A stretch of 64,000 bases of DNA, taken from contig CALYAY010000002.1 in the NCBI GenBank assembly GCA_944393695.1, positions 46,244 through 110,243 of the forward strand. Direction: 5' to 3'. Source of the DNA: an uncultured Alphaproteobacteria bacterium (lineage in GTDB: Bacteria > Pseudomonadota > Alphaproteobacteria > RF32 > CAG-239). The translations under genes were made by a program, and so were the position numbers. Shown piece after piece: positions 9,257-20,835 of this stretch (positions within the stretch are counted from its first letter, which is position 1; each line of letters begins with the position of its first letter). Below the pieces are notes generated by a model that searched no databases, was not told the DNA's origin, and worked only from the letters and a program-made list of their open reading frames with translations.

Positions 9257-9796
9257 TTATTTCTTGTAAGGCAGGTTAAAAGCCGTCAGCAGGAACTTTG
9301 CTTCTTCATCGGTTTTGGCCGAAGTGCAGATAACAATATCCATACCTCTTACATTTTCAACCTTCTCATAGTTGATTTCCGGAAAGATAATCTGCTCTTT
9401 GATACCAAAAGCAAAATTACCTCTGCCATCGAAGTTTTTGCCGGTAATACCGTGAAAGTCCCTGATACGCGGCAAAGCCATGTTAACCAGTCTTTCAAGA
9501 AACTCATACATTCTGTCCGAACGCAGAGTAACCTTGCAGCCGATCGGCATATCTTCTCTCAGCTTAAACGTAGCAATTGATTTGCGGGCTTTGGTAACAA
9601 CCGGCTTCTGACCGGCAATCAAAGCCATTTCTTCAACAGCATTGTTCAGTTTCTTCTTATCGGTAACGGCATCACCGATACCCATATTCAAAACGATTTT
9701 AGTCAGCTTCGGAATCTCGTGGGGATTTTTGTAACCGAATTTTTCCACCAGAGATTTCTTAATGACTTCGTTATAAAGTTTTTCAAAATTTGTCAT
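9257..9796 (-). CDS. rplE: 50S ribosomal protein L5
   Basis: 179 aa, ...[11 protein letters not shown]...FHGITG... Confidence 0.95.
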   Translation of the reverse strand: MTNFEKLYNEVIKKSLVEKFGYKNPHEIPKLTKIVLNMGIGDAVTDKKKLNNAVEEMALIAGQKPVVTKARKSIATFKLREDMPIGCKVTLRSDRMYEFLERLVNMALPRIRDFHGITGKNFDGRGNFAFGIKEQIIFPEINYEKVENVRGMDIVICTSAKTDEEAKFLLTAFNLPYKK

Positions 9797-9807
9797 TAGA
9801 TTTTCCC

Positions 9808-10128
9808 TTACTTATCGATTACTTCACCGGACTTACGAGCAACACGGACTTTTTTGCCGTTCACTTCTTTATAGCCGACTTTGGTTGCCTTATTGGTCTT
9901 GGGATCAACAATGGCAACATTGGAAACATGAATCGGTGCTTCTTTGGTAATAATGCCGCCGGTAGTAGTTTGGCTGGGTTTGGTGTGTCTCTTAACCAGA
10001 TTAACACCCTGAACAACCACTTTACCTTCCTTCGGCATGGCTTTAACAACCTCACCGGTTTTGCCCTTGTCGTCACCCGACAGAACAATAACCTGATCAC
10101 CTTTTTTAATTCTAAGTTTAAGGCTCAT
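9808..10128 (-). CDS. rplX: 50S ribosomal protein L24
   Basis: 106 aa, [21 protein letters not shown] (KOW motif). Confidence 0.95.
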   Translation of the reverse strand: MSLKLRIKKGDQVIVLSGDDKGKTGEVVKAMPKEGKVVVQGVNLVKRHTKPSQTTTGGIITKEAPIHVSNVAIVDPKTNKATKVGYKEVNGKKVRVARKSGEVIDK

Positions 10129-10496
10129 TATAAAACCTCCGGTGCTAATGAAATTATCTTCATAAATTTCTTCGCACGCAGTTCCCTCGTAACAGGCCCG
10201 AAAATACGGGTGCCGATAGGCTCGCCGTCTTTATTGATAAGAACTGCTGCATTGGTATCAAAACGAATGACACTGCCGTCTTTGCGTCTGATATCACTAG
10301 CGGTGCGAACGATTACAGCTTTAAGGACATCGCCTTTTTTCACACGTCCTTTCGGCATAGCGTCTTTAACGGAAACGACTATGACATCACCGACCGTTGC
10401 ATGCATTCTCTTAGACCCGCCGAGGACCTTAATGCACTGCACCTGACGTGCTCCTGAATTGTCTGCAACATCCAGGTTGGTTTGCATCTGAATCAT
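10128..10496 (-). CDS. rplN: 50S ribosomal protein L14
   Basis: 122 aa, [17 protein letters not shown]... Confidence 0.95.
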   Translation of the reverse strand: MIQMQTNLDVADNSGARQVQCIKVLGGSKRMHATVGDVIVVSVKDAMPKGRVKKGDVLKAVIVRTASDIRRKDGSVIRFDTNAAVLINKDGEPIGTRIFGPVTRELRAKKFMKIISLAPEVL

Positions 10497-10515
10497 TTCT
10501 TACTTTCCTTTTCTC

Positions 10516-10752
10516 TTAGGCGTTATCAACGATCACAGTCCATTTTTTGGTCTTGGAATAAGGTTTTGCTTCCTCAATGGAAACCTTATCGCCGATCTTG
10601 AACTGATTGTTTTCATCATGAGCCGCAAACTTTTTGCTTCTCTTAACGAATTTCTTATAAACAGGATGCATAATCTGACGCTCAACGCTGACCACGACGG
10701 TTTTATCCTGTTTATCACTCACAACAACACCTTGAAGAATTCTTTTAGGCAT
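10516..10752 (-). CDS. rpsQ: 30S ribosomal protein S17
   Basis: 78 aa, [20 protein letters not shown]. Confidence 0.95.
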   Translation of the reverse strand: MPKRILQGVVVSDKQDKTVVVSVERQIMHPVYKKFVKRSKKFAAHDENNQFKIGDKVSIEEAKPYSKTKKWTVIVDNA

Positions 10753-10763
10753 ATTTTTTCTCC

Positions 10764-10961
10764 CTAACTATTCTTCTTGCGCTCAGCAATGAGCGTGTTG
10801 ATTTTTGCTATTTCACGACGGACATTTCTGATAACCGAAGTATTCTGCAATTGTCCGGTAGACTGCTGGACTCTCAAATTGAACTGTTCTTTTTTCAGAT
10901 CAATCAACTTGGTTTCCAGTTCATCCAGTGACATAGCACGAAGATCTTTTGTTTTAACCAT
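10764..10961 (-). CDS. rpmC: 50S ribosomal protein L29
   Basis: 65 aa, [24 protein letters not shown]. Confidence 0.9.
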   Translation of the reverse strand: MVKTKDLRAMSLDELETKLIDLKKEQFNLRVQQSTGQLQNTSVIRNVRREIAKINTLIAERKKNS

Positions 10962-10965
10962 ATTA

Positions 10966-11391
10966 TTATTCTCCCAAATCCGAGTTCAGACGTTTAACAA
11001 ACTTGGTCTTAATGCCCAGTTTGGCAGCACCCAGGGCAAAAGCCTGCCGTGCGGTATCTTCGTCAATATCTCCGGCTTCAAAAATAATGCGGCCGGGTTT
11101 AACTCTTGCGCACCAGTATTCAACCGATCCCTTACCTTTACCCATACGGACTTCGGCAGGTTTATCCGAAACCGGCACATCCGGGAATATTCTGATCCAT
11201 AATCTTCCGGCTCTCTTCATTTCTCTGGTAATAGCGCGTCTGGCAGCTTCAATCTGACGTGCAGTAACGCGATCCGGAGTAAGAGCCTTCAATCCATATG
11301 AACCGAAACTTAATTCAGATCCGCCTTTGGCCAAACCGTGAATACGGCCCTTATGCTGCTTGCGGAACTTTAATCTTTTTGGACTTAACAT
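10966..11391 (-). CDS. rplP: 50S ribosomal protein L16
   Basis: 141 aa, [16 protein letters not shown]. Confidence 0.95.
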   Translation of the reverse strand: MLSPKRLKFRKQHKGRIHGLAKGGSELSFGSYGLKALTPDRVTARQIEAARRAITREMKRAGRLWIRIFPDVPVSDKPAEVRMGKGKGSVEYWCARVKPGRIIFEAGDIDEDTARQAFALGAAKLGIKTKFVKRLNSDLGE

Positions 11392-11536
11392 TTCTTATAT
11401 TACCTTTATTTCCAATCTCAATCAGGCTTATTAAGAAGCCCGGGCAGAAAAATTTTACCGACACTATACATTTATAGACGAATTTTGTCAAATATATTTT
11501 TTCTGCCTCGGTATAACTCCTTAAACACCTGTTGAA

Positions 11537-12205
11537 TTATTTTTGTTCAGCCAACTTTTTATCCTGAGCCATGGGATCATGGGTCATAATTTCACCCTTA
11601 TAGATCCACACTTTCACGCCGCAGGCGCCATAAGTTGTATGAGCCGTAGAGGTTGCATAATCAATGTCAGCGCGCAGTGTATGCAAAGGAACGCGCCCTT
11701 CGCGATAGTATTCCGTTCTGGCAATTTCGGCGCCGCCGAGACGACCTGAACAGCAAACCTTGATACCTTCTGCACCCAGACGAAGAGCCGACTGCATAAC
11801 TCTCTTCATTGCCCGGCGGAAAGCCACGCGGCGTTCCAGCTGCTGGGCAACGGAATCAGCAACCAGCTGAGCATCCAGCTCGGGTTTTCTGACTTCCAGA
11901 ATATTCAACTGGACTTCGGAATCAGTCATCTTCTGAATCTCTTTTCTCAGATTCTCGATATCCTGCCCCTTCTTGCCGATAACAATACCCGGTCTTGCAG
12001 AATGAATGGTAACTCTGGCTTTCTTAGCCGGACGTTCAATCACGATTCTGCTGACACCGGCCTGAGCCAGTTTATTTTTCAAGAATTTCTTGATTTTAAC
12101 GTCTTCGTGGAGATAGTCGGTGAACTTATCGTCGGCATACCAACGAGAATCCCATGTACGGTTAACTCCTAAACGAAGACCTGTCGGATTTACTTTTTGT
12201 CCCAT
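11537..12205 (-). CDS. rpsC: 30S ribosomal protein S3
   Basis: ORF is open to 12232, but the canonical S3 N-terminus [13 protein letters not shown] begins at Met-10, giving a 12205 start with no overlap on rplV. KH domain present. Confidence 0.93.
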   Translation of the reverse strand: MGQKVNPTGLRLGVNRTWDSRWYADDKFTDYLHEDVKIKKFLKNKLAQAGVSRIVIERPAKKARVTIHSARPGIVIGKKGQDIENLRKEIQKMTDSEVQLNILEVRKPELDAQLVADSVAQQLERRVAFRRAMKRVMQSALRLGAEGIKVCCSGRLGGAEIARTEYYREGRVPLHTLRADIDYATSTAHTTYGACGVKVWIYKGEIMTHDPMAQDKKLAEQK

Positions 12206-12209
12206 TAAC

Positions 12210-12584
12210 TTACTCCCCACGCTCAGTAACAACGATGGTCAGGTTAGAGAACGGCTTCAAAACTCTGGCGCCTCTGCCGCGACCACGTGCGTGCATACGT
12301 TTCATAACTAAGCCCTTACCGACATAAGCTTCACTGACATAAAGCTTGTCGATATTGAGCTGGTGATTGTTCTCGGCATTTGCAATTGCAGACTGCAAAA
12401 CACCCAGAGCGGTTTTGGCAATTCTCTTCTTAGAAAAGCTAAGTTCGGCAACAGCCTTCTCGGCACTCAGACCGCGAATAGACCGTGCAACCAGATTCAG
12501 CTTACGAGGCGAAGTACGAATAGAGTTGCAATAGGCCATAGCCTGATTAGCTTCAACTCTTCTTGTCATTTTAGTCTTGCTCAT
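12210..12584 (-). CDS. rplV: 50S ribosomal protein L22
   Basis: 124 aa, typical L22. Confidence 0.95.
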   Translation of the reverse strand: MSKTKMTRRVEANQAMAYCNSIRTSPRKLNLVARSIRGLSAEKAVAELSFSKKRIAKTALGVLQSAIANAENNHQLNIDKLYVSEAYVGKGLVMKRMHARGRGRGARVLKPFSNLTIVVTERGE

Positions 12585-12586
12585 AA

Positions 12587-12865
12587 TTAACCTCTCTTAG
12601 CTTTCTTGTCGCCGCCATGACCATAGAAAGTGCGGGTGGGGGCAAATTCGCCAAACTTGTGGCCGACCATATCTTCGGTAACCAATACCGGAATAAATTT
12701 ATGGCCGTTGTGAACGCCGAAAGTCAACCCGACAAACTGCGGCAGCATGGTAGATCTGCGAGACCAGATTTTAATAACTTCATTACGACCTGAACTTCTC
12801 GCCGCATCAGCTTTCTTAAGAAGATAGCCGTCAACAAATGGTCCTTTCCAAACGGAACGTGTCAT
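12587..12865 (-). CDS. rpsS: 30S ribosomal protein S19
   Basis: 92 aa, SVWKGPFVD...HNGHKF. Confidence 0.95.
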   Translation of the reverse strand: MTRSVWKGPFVDGYLLKKADAARSSGRNEVIKIWSRRSTMLPQFVGLTFGVHNGHKFIPVLVTEDMVGHKFGEFAPTRTFYGHGGDKKAKRG

Positions 12866-12877
12866 TAGCTTTTCTCC

Positions 12878-13714
12878 TTATTTCTTTTTGTTTTCATGAC
12901 GGGATCTCATAATAAAGCGATCCGTCTTCTTGTTGGAACGAGTCTTATAACCCTTAGTCGGCTTACCCCAAGGTGTCGTCGGATGACGACCGCCGGAAGT
13001 GCGACCTTCACCACCACCCATCGGGTGGTCAACCGGGTTCATGGCGACACCGCGTGATACAGGACGATTACCCAGCCAGCGGTTGCGACCAGCCTTGCCG
13101 AGCATATTGTTCTGATTGTCCGGATTGGAAACCGCACCAACGGTTGCCAGACATTCTTCGCGGACAATACGCAGCTCACCGGAACTCAGCTTCAGCTGGG
13201 CATAACCGGCATCCTTACCGACAACCTGGGCATAACAGCCGGCCGAACGCACCAACTGACCGCCCTTTCCGGCCTTCAGTTCGATATTGTGAACAATCGT
13301 ACCGACCGGCATGCTCTTCAACGGCATAGCATTACCCGGCTTAATATCAGCCTTTACAGCCGAAATAACCTTATCACCGGCTTTCAGTCTCTGCGGAGCC
13401 AGAATATAAGATTTTTCACCGTCTTCATAGCTGATCAAAGCGATGAAAGCTGAACGGTTCGGATCATACTCAATTCTCTCGACTGTCGCTTCTGCATCAA
13501 ATTTATTACGTTTAAAGTCAATGATACGGAGCTTGCGTTTGTGACCGCCGCCAATTCTGCGACTTGTAACGTGTCCGTAATTGTCACGCCCACCGGTCTT
13601 GGTCAGACCGATTGTCAAAGACTTCTCCGGAGCCCCTTTATACAGCTCGCTTCTGTCAACGATAACAAGCTGACGCAGTCCCGGGGATGTGGGCTTATAA
13701 TTCTTCAAAGCCAT
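12878..13714 (-). CDS. rplB: 50S ribosomal protein L2
   Basis: 278 aa, ...[20 protein letters not shown]... Confidence 0.95.
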   Translation of the reverse strand: MALKNYKPTSPGLRQLVIVDRSELYKGAPEKSLTIGLTKTGGRDNYGHVTSRRIGGGHKRKLRIIDFKRNKFDAEATVERIEYDPNRSAFIALISYEDGEKSYILAPQRLKAGDKVISAVKADIKPGNAMPLKSMPVGTIVHNIELKAGKGGQLVRSAGCYAQVVGKDAGYAQLKLSSGELRIVREECLATVGAVSNPDNQNNMLGKAGRNRWLGNRPVSRGVAMNPVDHPMGGGEGRTSGGRHPTTPWGKPTKGYKTRSNKKTDRFIMRSRHENKKK

Positions 13715-13717
13715 GTC

Positions 13718-14038
13718 TTAAATTCCTGTTGTAACATCAATATTTTGACCCTCGGCAAGTGTAACCACAGCCTTTTTGTAGTCAGAACGCTGACCGACAA
13801 ATCCTCTGAAGCGCTTTTCCTTGCCGAACTGACGAACTGTATTCACCTTTGTAACTTTAACGTTAAAAATAGCCTCGACAGCTGCCTTAACTTCATCCTT
13901 GGAAGCGCTCAGCGGAACCATAAAGGTCACCTTGCCGGCTTCCGAAGATGTCATTGACTTTTCGGTGATTACAGGACGAATTAATGTATCATACATTTTA
14001 GCAGTAACATTACTTGCGGTTTTCTTGGATTTTATCAT
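13718..14038 (-). CDS. rplW: 50S ribosomal protein L23
   Basis: L23 sequence ([13 protein letters not shown]...). The ORF is open to 14059, but the start at Met-8 abuts the rplD stop with no overlap. Start is uncertain. Confidence 0.85.
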   Translation of the reverse strand: MIKSKKTASNVTAKMYDTLIRPVITEKSMTSSEAGKVTFMVPLSASKDEVKAAVEAIFNVKVTKVNTVRQFGKEKRFRGFVGQRSDYKKAVVTLAEGQNIDVTTGI

Positions 14039-14661
14039 TTCAATCTTTCCTCCAGGCAATTAACTGCATCTTTGGTCAACACTAATTTGTCTCTTCTCAA
14101 GATGTCATAAACATTGGCTCCAATAGTCGGCAAAACATCAACGTTTGCAATATTTCTGGTTGCCAATGCAAAGTTTACATCAACTTCCTTGCCGTCAATA
14201 AACAAGCAATTTTTCAACCCGCAAAGATCAAGCTTGGCTTTCAGATCTTTGGTTTTCGGAGCTGACAATTTTGCTTCGTCAATAACAACAAGGTTACCCT
14301 CTTTGGCCTTGGCCGAAAGAGCGGTTTTCAGACCAAGCTTTCTGAACTTCTTGGTCAACTCGTGTGAATGGTCACGAACAACCGGACCAAACACCACACC
14401 ACCTTTTCTGAACTGGGTACCCTTGCGTGAACCCTGACGGGCATTACCGCTGCCTTTTTGCTTAAACGGTTTTGCCGGGGTCAGTGCCACGTCGGAACGT
14501 CCCTTTGTTTGGTGGTTGCCGGACTGCAACCTGGCCAGCTGCCAGTTTACAACCCTGTGCAAAATATCGGCACGAACTTCAAGCCCGAAAATGGCATCAT
14601 TAAGCTCGATGGAACCGACATTTTTATTTTCCAGATTTAAGATGTCCTGTTTCATATTCAT
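14035..14661 (-). CDS. rplD: 50S ribosomal protein L4
   Basis: 208 aa, typical L4. Confidence 0.95.
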   Translation of the reverse strand: MNMKQDILNLENKNVGSIELNDAIFGLEVRADILHRVVNWQLARLQSGNHQTKGRSDVALTPAKPFKQKGSGNARQGSRKGTQFRKGGVVFGPVVRDHSHELTKKFRKLGLKTALSAKAKEGNLVVIDEAKLSAPKTKDLKAKLDLCGLKNCLFIDGKEVDVNFALATRNIANVDVLPTIGANVYDILRRDKLVLTKDAVNCLEERLK

Positions 14662-14674
14662 TAATCCTTATCAC

Positions 14675-15403
14675 TTATGCATTTTCAGCCGGAGTTTCGT
14701 TTTCGGCTTTAACTGCAACAGGTTCATCAGATTTCTTCAATCCGGCAGGCATCGGCAGTTCAACCGGGCTGGCAATTTTAACGGCATCGGTAACGCGAAC
14801 CCAGGCATTTTCACCTCCGGGAACACCACCCTTAACCATCAGCAGGCCCTTGCCCGCATCAACCGCAACAACCTTCAGGTTCTGAACGGTAACCCGCTCG
14901 TCACCGAGATGTCCGGCCATTTTCTTACCCTTGAATACCTTACCGGGATCCTGTCTTTGTCCTGTAGAACCGTGTGCACGGTGAGAAATCGACACACCGT
15001 GAGTTGCTTCCAGACCGGCAAAATTATGGCGTTTCATAACACCGGCAAATCCCTTACCTTTTGATGTTGAGCAAACATCAACATACTGACCTGCAACAAA
15101 ATGTTCTACAGATAATTCATCACCGACGGACAGCAGACAGTCATCACTGACTCTGAATTCTGCAAGTTTCTTTGTCGGTTCAATATTAGCTTTGGCAAAA
15201 TGTCCTTTAAGAGGCTTGGATACATTTTTCTGTTTAACAGCACCGGTACCGAGTTGTACGGCAGTATATCCGTCGCGCTCTTTGGTTCTTACGTCGACAA
15301 CTTTCAGCCCCTCAACGCTCAAGACCGTCACCGGAACATGGGTTCCGTCGGCTTCAAAAATGCGGGACATTCCAAGTTTCTTTGCGATTAAACCCGTACG
15401 CAT
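14675..15403 (-). CDS. rplC: 50S ribosomal protein L3
   Basis: 242 aa, L3 with a C-terminal extension. Confidence 0.95.
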   Translation of the reverse strand: MRTGLIAKKLGMSRIFEADGTHVPVTVLSVEGLKVVDVRTKERDGYTAVQLGTGAVKQKNVSKPLKGHFAKANIEPTKKLAEFRVSDDCLLSVGDELSVEHFVAGQYVDVCSTSKGKGFAGVMKRHNFAGLEATHGVSISHRAHGSTGQRQDPGKVFKGKKMAGHLGDERVTVQNLKVVAVDAGKGLLMVKGGVPGGENAWVRVTDAVKIASPVELPMPAGLKKSDEPVAVKAENETPAENA

Positions 15404-15507
15404 TATTATTTTTTCCTTTTCAATTGGTTGATTTTATCTTTCAAAAACCAACATTGTTTTATAACCTCTTTAACCCTGACCGCCCGTTTTCGGCCGGCTG
15501 TACTGGA

Positions 15508-15819
15508 TTAAAGCTTAATTTCAACATTAACACCGGCAGCCAGATCCAGCTTCATCAAAGCATCGACTGTCTGCGGGGTCGGATCCACAATATCCAGAAG
15601 TCTTTTATGAGTACGGATTTCGAACTGTTCACGGGATTTCTTGTCAACGTGAGGAGAACGGTTAACCGTAAATTTCTCAATTCTGGTCGGAAGAGGAATA
15701 GGACCTCTTACATTAGCACCTGTTCTTTTGGCCGTATGCACGATTTCTTTGGTAGAAGCATCAAGCAGACGATGATCAAAAGCCTTCAGGCGAATTCTTA
15801 TATTTTGAGCTTCAATCAT
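15508..15819 (-). CDS. rpsJ: 30S ribosomal protein S10
   Basis: 103 aa, [20 protein letters not shown], the S10 signature. Confidence 0.95.
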   Translation of the reverse strand: MIEAQNIRIRLKAFDHRLLDASTKEIVHTAKRTGANVRGPIPLPTRIEKFTVNRSPHVDKKSREQFEIRTHKRLLDIVDPTPQTVDALMKLDLAAGVNVEIKL

Positions 15820-16196
15820 TAAATAACGATTCCTTTTATAACTAGAACCCTGCGATTCTAACTGATTAAAAACATGGCAAACTCTTGTATTACAAGTTTT
15901 TGCATTATAAACAAGTTTATCTGCGGACAGACGGATTCCTCCCTTTCCGCTAACAACCGTGCGCCCCTTGTATCATAGACAAACAAACTTTGCAAGCAAA
16001 AAATGCACAAAAAAGCAAAATAAATTTCGTTGAATCGCCGACTCAGAGTCACATTGAGTCAAATCGCTGTTTTTAAAATGTTTTTAAAATCGAGTCGTCC
16101 GAAGCGTCATTTTAGACAAATACCACTAAAAGAGTCAAAAAAAACAGATACAAAAAAAAGCACCTCACTTTTGCAAGTGAAATGCTTTTGATAATC

Positions 16197-16556
16197 TCAT
16201 TGCTGAAAACAATAACGCTCAAAAATATCATAAACATCAGCAACCGTTTTAATACGCAAACCATCTTCGGCAGAAACAATTTTGCCATACTTTTCTTCAA
16301 AAGACATAACAAACTCTGTTATGTACAAATCATATTGCCCAAATTCGCCCAGACCTAAATCATTTTGAAAAGAAAGATTTTGAGAAACAACCCAATATTT
16401 CTCTCCCAAAACATTATCCCATTTTCCATAAAACTTTTTTAAATTCTTATCTGAAACTCGGAATAATAAAAAGTCATAAATAAATTTATTGGCCTCTCTG
16501 ATAAGTTTAGGACTATAAGTTTTTTCCGCCTGTAACTTTTTTTTTGAATTTTCCAT
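16197..16556 (-). CDS. hypothetical protein (119 aa), unrecognised
   Basis: Complete ORF followed by a hairpin plus T-run terminator (16160-16195). Only 35 bp downstream of the 225-aa ORF. No family recognised by eye. Confidence 0.5.
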   Translation of the reverse strand: MENSKKKLQAEKTYSPKLIREANKFIYDFLLFRVSDKNLKKFYGKWDNVLGEKYWVVSQNLSFQNDLGLGEFGQYDLYITEFVMSFEEKYGKIVSAEDGLRIKTVADVYDIFERYCFQQ

Positions 16557-16590
16557 AATGATATTTTTATGAACTAATAATAAAATAATT

Positions 16591-17268
16591 TTACATCAAA
16601 TTGTTTTGCACCAGATAGTTATGTGCCATAACCTTAATCAGCTCCTTAGGCATAGGCGCGTTCTTTTCATTTCCGACATAATTTCGCACCTGTTCTTTGG
16701 TATCATCCGGCAAAGGCAAAAGTTCCGCCTTTGTTACCAAGGGAACATCTTGTTCGGCATCATTGCTAAAACACCAAACGCCGTTTTTCTTCATCAGCAC
16801 CAAAAGGGCCAAAAAATAGCCGCAGTCTTCATAAGCGAACGAAAGCGTAAAAACAAATACATCCGGCCTTATGCGAACAACTTTCTTGCCACCCTCCTGA
16901 GTTTCAATCCAAGAAGTTTCCTCATTGAGCGAACTTTTCAAAATAAGGCTTTTTTCAATATCAACCTTATCCCAATCAATACGCTTTTTCACTTCGGAAT
17001 GATGTTCCACATCCCGAGCAAAAATCGCCCAACCAAGCGCACGCATATAATCTTTAACCTCACGCCCGAAATAAACGGACTTAGGAGCTTTTGATAAAAG
17101 CTGTTGTCCTATTTCAAGCTCTTCTTTAGATAATGCATACACCGCCTCATGAACCTCCAAACGGTCAAACTGATGTTTTTTAAGCCAAGCATAAGCCTTA
17201 TCCGATGCATCATATCTCCGCCGAAGCGAACATTTTTTTACAAACAATTTTTTGATAAATCCAGTCAT
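16591..17268 (-). CDS. hypothetical protein (225 aa), unrecognised
   Basis: Complete ORF with no SD. Located in the rpsJ|tuf insertion. Confidence 0.5.
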   Translation of the reverse strand: MTGFIKKLFVKKCSLRRRYDASDKAYAWLKKHQFDRLEVHEAVYALSKEELEIGQQLLSKAPKSVYFGREVKDYMRALGWAIFARDVEHHSEVKKRIDWDKVDIEKSLILKSSLNEETSWIETQEGGKKVVRIRPDVFVFTLSFAYEDCGYFLALLVLMKKNGVWCFSNDAEQDVPLVTKAELLPLPDDTKEQVRNYVGNEKNAPMPKELIKVMAHNYLVQNNLM

Positions 17269-17504
17269 AATTATAAGTTTAAGTTAATAATAAATTTTAT
17301 CGCTCCCACCTTATACGACGCCTTCACTTTTGTCAATAGACAAAACCACACCTTTCAACCCCTCACAGAAAAACGCAAAGAGAAAATCCCCTTGCGCCGC
17401 AATAAAATTATCAATAGCAATTTCTTGATAATTCAAATGATTAAGCTTTGCAATTTCTTGTACAATTTGTAGGCTCAAAGATAACACCTATTTTGTTTTC
17501 ATCA

Positions 17505-18176
17505 TCACCTCCTTAATACCTTCTTTGCCCAAAACATCGGCCGCCAATGACGGCGAACATAAAACACAACCAGCAGCCCATATAAAAGCCCAAGCCCCCA
17601 TAATCCCCAAAAACGCAAATCCCGGCCGTCCCATTCCCGGGTAATTTCATTCACGTTCAGAGCACTGCCCTTAATTTCAATTCCTGTCGTCGGCTTCTCG
17701 TGCAACACCGCAACCGCAATCTGATACTCAGGATTCAACAGATCAAAATTTATCAGCAGCTCGCCTTCCTGCTCGGTTAAAGAGGCGGTAATTGCCTCGG
17801 TTGTTTCCGTATTATCCAGAACAAAATGCACCATACCCGCCTCTTCCGGCACCACAATCCGGATCGGATCATGCCCCGGCTTCGAAACATCCCGTCCGGA
17901 CAAAGCCTGTTGTCCGTAATTGCGCAGATAAACCTTTGTCTGATATAAATCCTTATATTCCTTTCCCTTAACCGTCACTTTATATTGGTTCTCATTGGCC
18001 GAAGAAATAAAAGACACACTCTGCGTATCATATTTCAAAATCGGATTATTGATATATGCCAGATACCAGGCCAGCACGATTGCCGACACCCCGATGATAA
18101 AAGCCCCGGTCTGACTGGTCCAAAAATTCCAAAAAGCTCTTGCCGCATAACGGACTTTCGTTGCAAAATGCGTCAT
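17505..18176 (-). CDS. hypothetical bitopic membrane protein (223 aa; N- and C-terminal TM helices flank a ~150-aa domain)
   Basis: Good SD (ACGGAGGA - 4 nt - ATG). Hydrophobic segments AFIIGVSAIVLAWYLAYI and FWGLWGLGLLYGLLVVFYV. Confidence 0.55.
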   Translation of the reverse strand: MTHFATKVRYAARAFWNFWTSQTGAFIIGVSAIVLAWYLAYINNPILKYDTQSVSFISSANENQYKVTVKGKEYKDLYQTKVYLRNYGQQALSGRDVSKPGHDPIRIVVPEEAGMVHFVLDNTETTEAITASLTEQEGELLINFDLLNPEYQIAVAVLHEKPTTGIEIKGSALNVNEITREWDGRDLRFWGLWGLGLLYGLLVVFYVRRHWRPMFWAKKVLRR

Positions 18177-18217
18177 TTTTTCCTCCGTTTTTTAGAGCTA
18201 TATAATCATTTTTAAAT

Positions 18218-18247
18218 CAAAAAAAAGAGTCTTCTTCAGACTCTTTT
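18218..18247 (-). terminator. Rho-independent terminator after the 210-aa gene
   Basis: Minus strand AAAAGAGTCTGAAGAAGACTCTTTTTTTT. Confidence 0.5.
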
Positions 18248-18261
18248 CATTTAACATCTCG

Positions 18262-18894
18262 TTAAAACAGTGAAATAATTTGCTGACCGTCGAACCCCAG
18301 ACTTGCCGCGGTTTTCCAACACTTGGGAAGTTGCGCACGCCAGTCATCTTCTTCAAAGGGAATTTCAATCAGACTGTCACTCTGCACACCATACTGCCGG
18401 TAAATTCCGCCATCCGAAACAAACAAGTTGCCATAAGCATTAACAAAAATTTCCGCACAAGAATTCAATTGCGGAAAACAACATGTCAGCTCATGCCCGT
18501 CAACACTGCTGAACGCCTTTACCTGAAGCAGATCAAAGACATCATCCTGAAAAAACATCTGCCTGACAACAACACAGGCGGCAAAAACCACGGCCGAATC
18601 AAGCAACCAGATACCGGCATCTTCCGCAAACTCGCATCCAACCAGCAAGCGGCGCCTCCCGTCAGAAGTCTTTTTCACGACCAGATACGTACTTTTCCCT
18701 TCCTTGCCCTTTGAAAAACTAAAAACATCAATATCTGCGCTTTTAGCCACCGGGTTGCATTCAGAAAGAATAACTTTTTCGGCAAAAGCTTCCGCCACAC
18801 AATTTACCGCCACGAACAAACGGCAGTCATCCGACATCAACACCAGGCTCTCAGGTTCGGCACAGTTTTTCCAAGTTTTTATAACTTTTTTCAT
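18262..18894 (-). CDS. hypothetical Cys-rich cytoplasmic protein (210 aa), unrecognised
   Basis: Complete ORF, 11 Cys, no signal peptide. First gene of the rpsJ|tuf insertion on the minus strand. Confidence 0.5.
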   Translation of the reverse strand: MKKVIKTWKNCAEPESLVLMSDDCRLFVAVNCVAEAFAEKVILSECNPVAKSADIDVFSFSKGKEGKSTYLVVKKTSDGRRRLLVGCEFAEDAGIWLLDSAVVFAACVVVRQMFFQDDVFDLLQVKAFSSVDGHELTCCFPQLNSCAEIFVNAYGNLFVSDGGIYRQYGVQSDSLIEIPFEEDDWRAQLPKCWKTAASLGFDGQQIISLF

Positions 18895-19051
18895 AATACA
18901 AATTTTTTAATAAACATAAAAATAAAAATTTACGTCCATACTACACATCTTTCACCAAAAGTCAATCGCTTTACCCCCATAAAAAAGCACAAAAGATTAA
19001 ACTTGCAAATCACTTTTTTATATGCTATTATAGACACAATTAAGTATAATT

Positions 19052-19435
19052 ATGTCAAAAAAAAAGAAAACTATGGCAACAAAAAGATTTTTATGGGTCG
19101 TTCTTGCCGGCATTATCGGAATTCTCCTCGGTGTAAGATGTTCCGGCCCGGCCAACGAACAAGCAAGAAACTTAGTCGTTAATGACAGTCTGTCCGTTGA
19201 AATATGCGACAAGAACGTCATTAACAAAAGCGTCTCCGACCTCTATGACAAAAAACAGGAGATTATCGGCGACACACTGTTCTCCTCCGCCCAGGTGACA
19301 ATCATGCTGGACTACAAGGATTCCACCGTGGTTGAAACCTATCGGGTCGGCAGCCGGACAAACATCAAGACCGGTCAATCCCGGCAAGATAAAGTCCAAA
19401 AGCTGGAACACACCGTCCAGTCGGCACAAAATTAA
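19052..19435 (+). CDS. hypothetical exported protein (127 aa; alternative start at 19073)
   Basis: N-terminal hydrophobic signal/anchor (FLWVVLAGIIGILLGV). Divergent from the 210-aa gene. Followed by a strong terminator. Confidence 0.45.
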   Translation: MSKKKKTMATKRFLWVVLAGIIGILLGVRCSGPANEQARNLVVNDSLSVEICDKNVINKSVSDLYDKKQEIIGDTLFSSAQVTIMLDYKDSTVVETYRVGSRTNIKTGQSRQDKVQKLEHTVQSAQN

Positions 19436-19440
19436 AAAAA

Positions 19441-19471
19441 TCCCCCGGAAACACCTTTCCCGGGGATTTTT
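19441..19471 (+). terminator. Rho-independent terminator
   Basis: TCCCCCGGAAACACCTTTCCCGGGGA followed by TTTTT. Confidence 0.6.
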
Positions 19472-19482
19472 CTTTCACCCAC

Positions 19483-19516
19483 AAAAAAAACTCCGTTCCC
19501 AAAGAACGGAGTTTTT
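19483..19516 (-). terminator. Rho-independent terminator downstream of tuf (bidirectional hairpin)
   Basis: AAAAAAAACTCCGTTCCCAAAGAACGGAGTTTTT. Confidence 0.6.
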
Positions 19517-19545
19517 AATTAATGGAGTTTCAAAATTATTTCAGA

Positions 19546-20736
<1,191 letters not shown>

Positions 20737-20835
20737 TTAGAATTACTCCAAATTAAATTAATTAAAAAAACAAAATTCTGTTCCGAAGGGCAGACCGGAT
20801 AACTTTTCCGCCCTGCCCTTCCGCAACAAACTCAG

